Positions 57,870 to 64,000 of a stretch of DNA of 64,000 nucleotides are shown one piece after another. Each line of letters starts with the position of its first letter. The first letter of the stretch is position 1. The stretch comes from an uncultured delta proteobacterium. Its GTDB lineage: Bacteria; Myxococcota_A; Polyangia; Fen-1088. The translations under genes were made by a program, and so were the position numbers. The DNA is taken from NCBI GenBank assembly GCA_963767925.1, contig CAVYGB010000004.1, positions 32,001 to 96,000 of the forward strand, in the 5' to 3' direction. Below the pieces are notes generated by a model. The model was not told the origin of the DNA. It did no database searches and saw only the letters and a program-made list of their open reading frames with translations.

Positions 57870-59131
57870 TCAGGGGACCAGGGGACCCAGGCGGCGCAGG
57901 GCGGGGGAGCGCCAGGTCACGAGGCCCACCACCGTCAGGGTGGCGGTCCCCCCGAACAGCACCGACGGGACCGTCCCCAGCAAGCGCGCCGCCACCCCCG
58001 ACTCGAACGCGCCGATCTCGTTCGACGAGCCGATGAAGATCTGGTTGATCGCCGAGACCCGCCCCAGCATCTCGTCCGGCACCCGGAGCTGCAGCAAGGT
58101 GGACCGCACCAGCACGCTGCCCATGTCGAGCGCGCCGCTCGCGGCCAGCAACACCAGCGACACGGCGAACGAGCGCGACAGCCCGAACCCGATGATCGAC
58201 AGCCCGAACCCCGCCACGCAGATCAACATGAAGCGCCCCGCCCGGCGGGTGGGCGGCAGCAGCCCCAGCGCCGCCGAGGCCAGCACCGCCCCCGCGGCCG
58301 GCGCCGCCCGCAGCAGCCCGTAGCCCTTGGGCCCCACCTGCAGGATGTCCTCGGCGAAGATCGGCAGCAGCGCCACCGCGCCCCCGAACAGCACCGCGAA
58401 CAGGTCGAGGGTGATGGCCGGCAGCAGCACCGGATCGGCGAACAGGAAGCGCAGCCCCGCCCGCACGCTCGACAGGATCGGCCCCGGCGGGGGGCGGTCG
58501 CCGCGCGGCTGCGAGCGCACCAGCAACATGCACCCGCCCGCCGCCAGCAGCAGGGCCAGCGAGGTCAGGTAGGCCCCCCGCCCCCCGACCCAGCCGTAGA
58601 GCAGGCCGCCGACCGCCGGACCGGTCACCGCCGCGAGCTGGAAGGTGCCGGTGCGCCAGGCGATCGCCTTCGGGAACAGGACCCGCGGCACCAGCTGCGC
58701 CGACAGCGCCGTGCGGGCCGGCCCCAGGAAGGCCCGGCACACCCCGCTCGAGATGATGACCCCGAAGATGGCGTACTTGAGCACCCCCGCCGCCAGGGTC
58801 TCCCGCCAGGCGTTGAACATCAGCAGGGCCCCCGCGCCCAGGGCCAGCACGGCGAAGGCGGCGATCATCACCCGCCGCCGGTCGAGCAGATCGGCGATGT
58901 GCCCCCCCACGAGGGCAAAGGAGATGAAGGGCAGGGCCTCGGCCAGCCCCAGCGCCCCCAGCGACAGGGGGTCCCGGGTGAGCTCGTACATCTGGTAGCC
59001 CACCACCGCCGCCTGCACCTGGATCCCCATCGTGGCCAGGGCCAGGCTCACGATGAACAGCGTGAAGTCCCGGTTCCACAGGGGGGGCAGCGCCGCGGGA
59101 GGAGCCGCTGGCGGCTCCGGGGGAGGGGACA

Positions 59132-59132
<1 letters not shown>
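57870..59132 (-). CDS. MFS transporter (H+ antiporter/DHA3-like)
   Basis: GGHIADLLDRRR, GPAVGG, LDLFAVLFGGA.ALLPIFA, SNEIGAFESG; TGATG coupling to pyrD. Confidence 0.92.
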
Positions 59133-60223
<1,091 letters not shown>

Positions 60224-60302
60224 GATCGGGCTACGACAGTGCAGCACCGCTGCACAGGACGCAATAGGCGCGCGCCCCCGGCCGCGCGCTTCGTCCAGAT
60301 AG

Positions 60303-61760
60303 TTACTTGTCCTGGCTGGCCGGGTCGCGCGAGCGCAGGTTGTGTTTCCAGAGCAGGCGGTAAAAGTGGATGCGGTCGACGCCGGCGGCGCGGGCCGCCA
60401 CCGTGATGTTGTCGTCGTGCAGGCGCAGGATCTCCGCCAGGTAGCGGCGCTCGAACTCGCCCACCCAGGCCTCCCGGGCGGTCTTGAGGGGCTGGGTCAC
60501 GTCGATGGGGGCCGTCTCGGGCGCCGACGACGACGAGGGCAGCTCGGACTCCTGGGGCGAGGGCTGGGCCCGCGTGGCCAGGCAACGCTCGATGTAGTTG
60601 CGCAGCTCGCGGATGTTGCCCGGCCAGGCGTGGCGCTGCAGCTCGGCCATGAAGTCGGGCGAGCGCAGGGCCCGCGACTCGGACTTGTGCTGGGGCCCCA
60701 GCGTCTGCAGAAAGTGATCGAGCAGCAGGGGCATGTCGTCCTTGCGCTCGCGCAGCGGGGGGATGCGGATGCGCAGGACCGCCAGCCGGTAATACAGGTC
60801 GGAGCGGAAGCGGCGGGCCGTCACCTCCTCCCGCAGGTTGCGGTTGGTGGCGGCGAGCACCCGCACGTCGACCGGGTTGTAGTGGTTGCTGCCCACCGGC
60901 TTGACCTCGCGTCGCTCGAGCACCCGCAGCAGCTTGGGCTGCAGCTCGATCCCCAGCTCGCCGATCTCGTCGAGCAGGATGGTCCCGCCCGAGGCGGCGT
61001 GGAAGGCCCCCTTGCGCGTCGCCACCGCGCCGGTGAAGGCCCCCCGCTCGTGCCCGAACAGCTCGCTCTCCAGGAGCTGGGGGGGGATGGCGCCGCAGTC
61101 CACGATGATGAACGGCCCCTCGCCGCGCACGCTCTCCTTGTGGATGGCCTCGGCGGTGGCCTCCTTGCCGGTGCCGGTCTCCCCCTCGATGAGGACGGTG
61201 GCGTCGCTGGCCGAGGCTTGCTCGCACAGGGCGAACACGGTGCTCATGGCCGCCGAGCGCCCCACCACCTGGCCGAAGCGATCCCGCGCCGAGAGGGGGA
61301 CCTTGGCCGCCCGGCTGGCCCGCTGAAAGCGCAGCTTCGTGTTGCCCAGGGTGAGGATGGCCCCCTCCTCGAGGGGGGCCTGGACGACCCGCACGCCGTT
61401 GACAACCGTGCCGTTTTTGCTGCCGAGATCGCGCACCGAGGCGGGGGGCCCCAGCGTGATCTCGCAGTGGAAGCGAGAGACGGCGGGATCCTTCAGCACC
61501 ACGTCGGCCGAGGGGTGCTCGCCCACCACGATGCTGTCGGTGGTGGCCACGAAGGTGCGGCCCGCGTCGCGGCCATCGAGCACCATGAGGTGGCAGTCGA
61601 CGAGCTGCTCGGTCGTCCGCTCGACCGGCGCCGCGCTCGCGCTCCGGGGCATGGGCGGCCGGAGCACGGGCATCGACATGGTGACCTTCATCGGGTCGGG
61701 TTCCTCGGTCTCCATCTCGAGGCCGGTAGGGCGCGAGCGGTCGGGATCGCGTTTGTGCAT
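60303..61760 (-). CDS. FHA-domain sigma54-dependent Fis-family activator
   Basis: FHA (VSRFHC, DLGSKNGT); GETGTGKE, GAFTGA, LDEIGEL, WPGNIREL, HTH; start uncertain (61760 or 61775). Confidence 0.92.
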   Translation of the reverse strand: MHKRDPDRSRPTGLEMETEEPDPMKVTMSMPVLRPPMPRSASAAPVERTTEQLVDCHLMVLDGRDAGRTFVATTDSIVVGEHPSADVVLKDPAVSRFHCEITLGPPASVRDLGSKNGTVVNGVRVVQAPLEEGAILTLGNTKLRFQRASRAAKVPLSARDRFGQVVGRSAAMSTVFALCEQASASDATVLIEGETGTGKEATAEAIHKESVRGEGPFIIVDCGAIPPQLLESELFGHERGAFTGAVATRKGAFHAASGGTILLDEIGELGIELQPKLLRVLERREVKPVGSNHYNPVDVRVLAATNRNLREEVTARRFRSDLYYRLAVLRIRIPPLRERKDDMPLLLDHFLQTLGPQHKSESRALRSPDFMAELQRHAWPGNIRELRNYIERCLATRAQPSPQESELPSSSSAPETAPIDVTQPLKTAREAWVGEFERRYLAEILRLHDDNITVAARAAGVDRIHFYRLLWKHNLRSRDPASQDK

Positions 61761-61968
61761 GAGCGGTACATTCATTCTCTTCGTCTGCTTGGGGACAACC
61801 CTCGAGACACACACCCACGCCGGCGCTGCGCGTTTGCCCTGCCGACAGGTGATCACATGTCTCCTGCTCGTCGCCCGCGGGGTTTCCCGCCCGATCCGCG
61901 GCCCACACCTCGCGCGCCGCCCCCACACGGTCCGGTCTCTCCCGCGGACGTGTTACGATGAAAGGGCG

Positions 61969-63312
<1,344 letters not shown>

Positions 63313-63392
63313 CCGCGGCCGCGGGCCGGATCGTCCGCCTGCAACGACGGGTTAGCCGCCGACGTCTACGATCTGCCCCGGGCTCAGTGACC

Positions 63393-63446
63393 TCAGAGCG
63401 CTGAGCACTTGTGGAACCAATGGCACTCGTCAAGCAGATCGCGCAT
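63393..63446 (-). pseudogene. Remnant of a DUF5615 PIN-like toxin gene
   Basis: MRDLLDEC.. overlaps the DUF433 3' end, as MRxLLDEC toxins usually do, but stops after 17 codons. Confidence 0.55.
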
Positions 63447-63654
63447 ACCGATCGACCGCTTCGTTCGCGACGTCCAGTATCGCTTCGACTTGCGACCGCG
63501 TAACGGTCGGGAAGTCTTCGATGAAATCGTCCACCCGGTCGCCCGCTCTGAGGTAGTCCATCAGCGTGCGGACTGGAACGCGAGTTCCTGCGAAGACGGG
63601 CGTACCCGACAGGATTTCTGGATCGACAATCATCTGTGACTTTGCGCCGCCCAT
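63430..63654 (-). CDS. DUF433 family antitoxin
   Basis: DPEILSGTPVFAGTRVPVRTL.DYL.AG....FIEDFPTV. Confidence 0.92.
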   Translation of the reverse strand: MGGAKSQMIVDPEILSGTPVFAGTRVPVRTLMDYLRAGDRVDDFIEDFPTVTRSQVEAILDVANEAVDRYARSA

Positions 63655-63839
63655 GTTCAGGCCTCAGCCGAGAATGATAGCGCAGCCCTCGCGCTGATGC
63701 TGCCGGACGCGTCAAGGGCTGGGATCGCGGCCCATGGCGCATCAGAGTCCGGAGCCGTGGAGCCCTCGTGTGGCTAAAGCCATGGCGTCGGCGGCGAGCG
63801 GGGGGGCGACCGGGCCCCAAAGGTACAGGCGGACAAGTC

Positions 63840-64000
63840 TCATGAGGTCGCGATTTCTAGGTCGCGGTGTTCGAACGCGCTCTGCATTCGATCAACGTCT
63901 TTTCGTTTGAGCCCGAGACGCTCGGCCGGTGAGCGCCAGCCTTTCACAACCTGTCCCACCTCTCTGGCGATCTCGCGCGACTCTGAAAGCGAAAGACCGA
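63840..64000 (-). CDS. C-terminal end of a probable HipA-family toxin (partial, runs off the window)
   Basis: Manual translation ...EIAREVGQVVKGWRSPAERLGLKRKDVDRMQSAFEHRDLEIATS* resembles HipA-domain C-termini. Confidence 0.6.
   Translation of the reverse strand, partial: GLSLSESREIAREVGQVVKGWRSPAERLGLKRKDVDRMQSAFEHRDLEIATS

Overview
Very GC-rich chromosomal window. The gene content points to a myxobacterium (Myxococcota): FHA-sigma54 activators, a Ser/Thr kinase, ActD-like and AgmX-like proteins, and a Cys-rich vWA lipoprotein; this is inference. From left to right: thpR; a co-oriented ECF sigma / zf-HC2 anti-sigma / unknown protein / lipoprotein TPR-CHAT protease / second ECF sigma module (0.5-6.1 kb); type IV pilin with a sigma54 promoter and terminator; fadD. 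A compositionally distinct island (about 9-16 kb) encodes a flippase plus cytidylyltransferase, ApgM-like phosphotransferase, methyltransferase, racemase and a TagF-like transferase-methyltransferase fusion. It looks like a variant of the CDP-amino-acid (phospho-N-methyl-threonine-type) glycan-decoration pathways. More surface-glycan genes follow (16-30 kb), including a Rieske-less NamH/CMAH-like enzyme, interrupted by a two-component/EAL block. Then come orphan solute-binding proteins, a TonB receptor and a YfiR-kinase-regulator module (30-40.5 kb). The right half is mixed: degenerate PPTase, XRE regulator, B3 metallo-beta-lactamase, heme-c/copper monooxygenase, ECF/ActD pair, REP-like repeats, two FHA-sigma54 activators, pyrD, a kinase and decayed toxin-antitoxin genes. 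Several single-base indels (about 20.1, 42.0 and 52.8-53.5 kb) are probably sequencing errors. No rRNA, tRNA, CRISPR array or intact transposase was recognised. All family calls come from motif recognition by eye; no searches were run.
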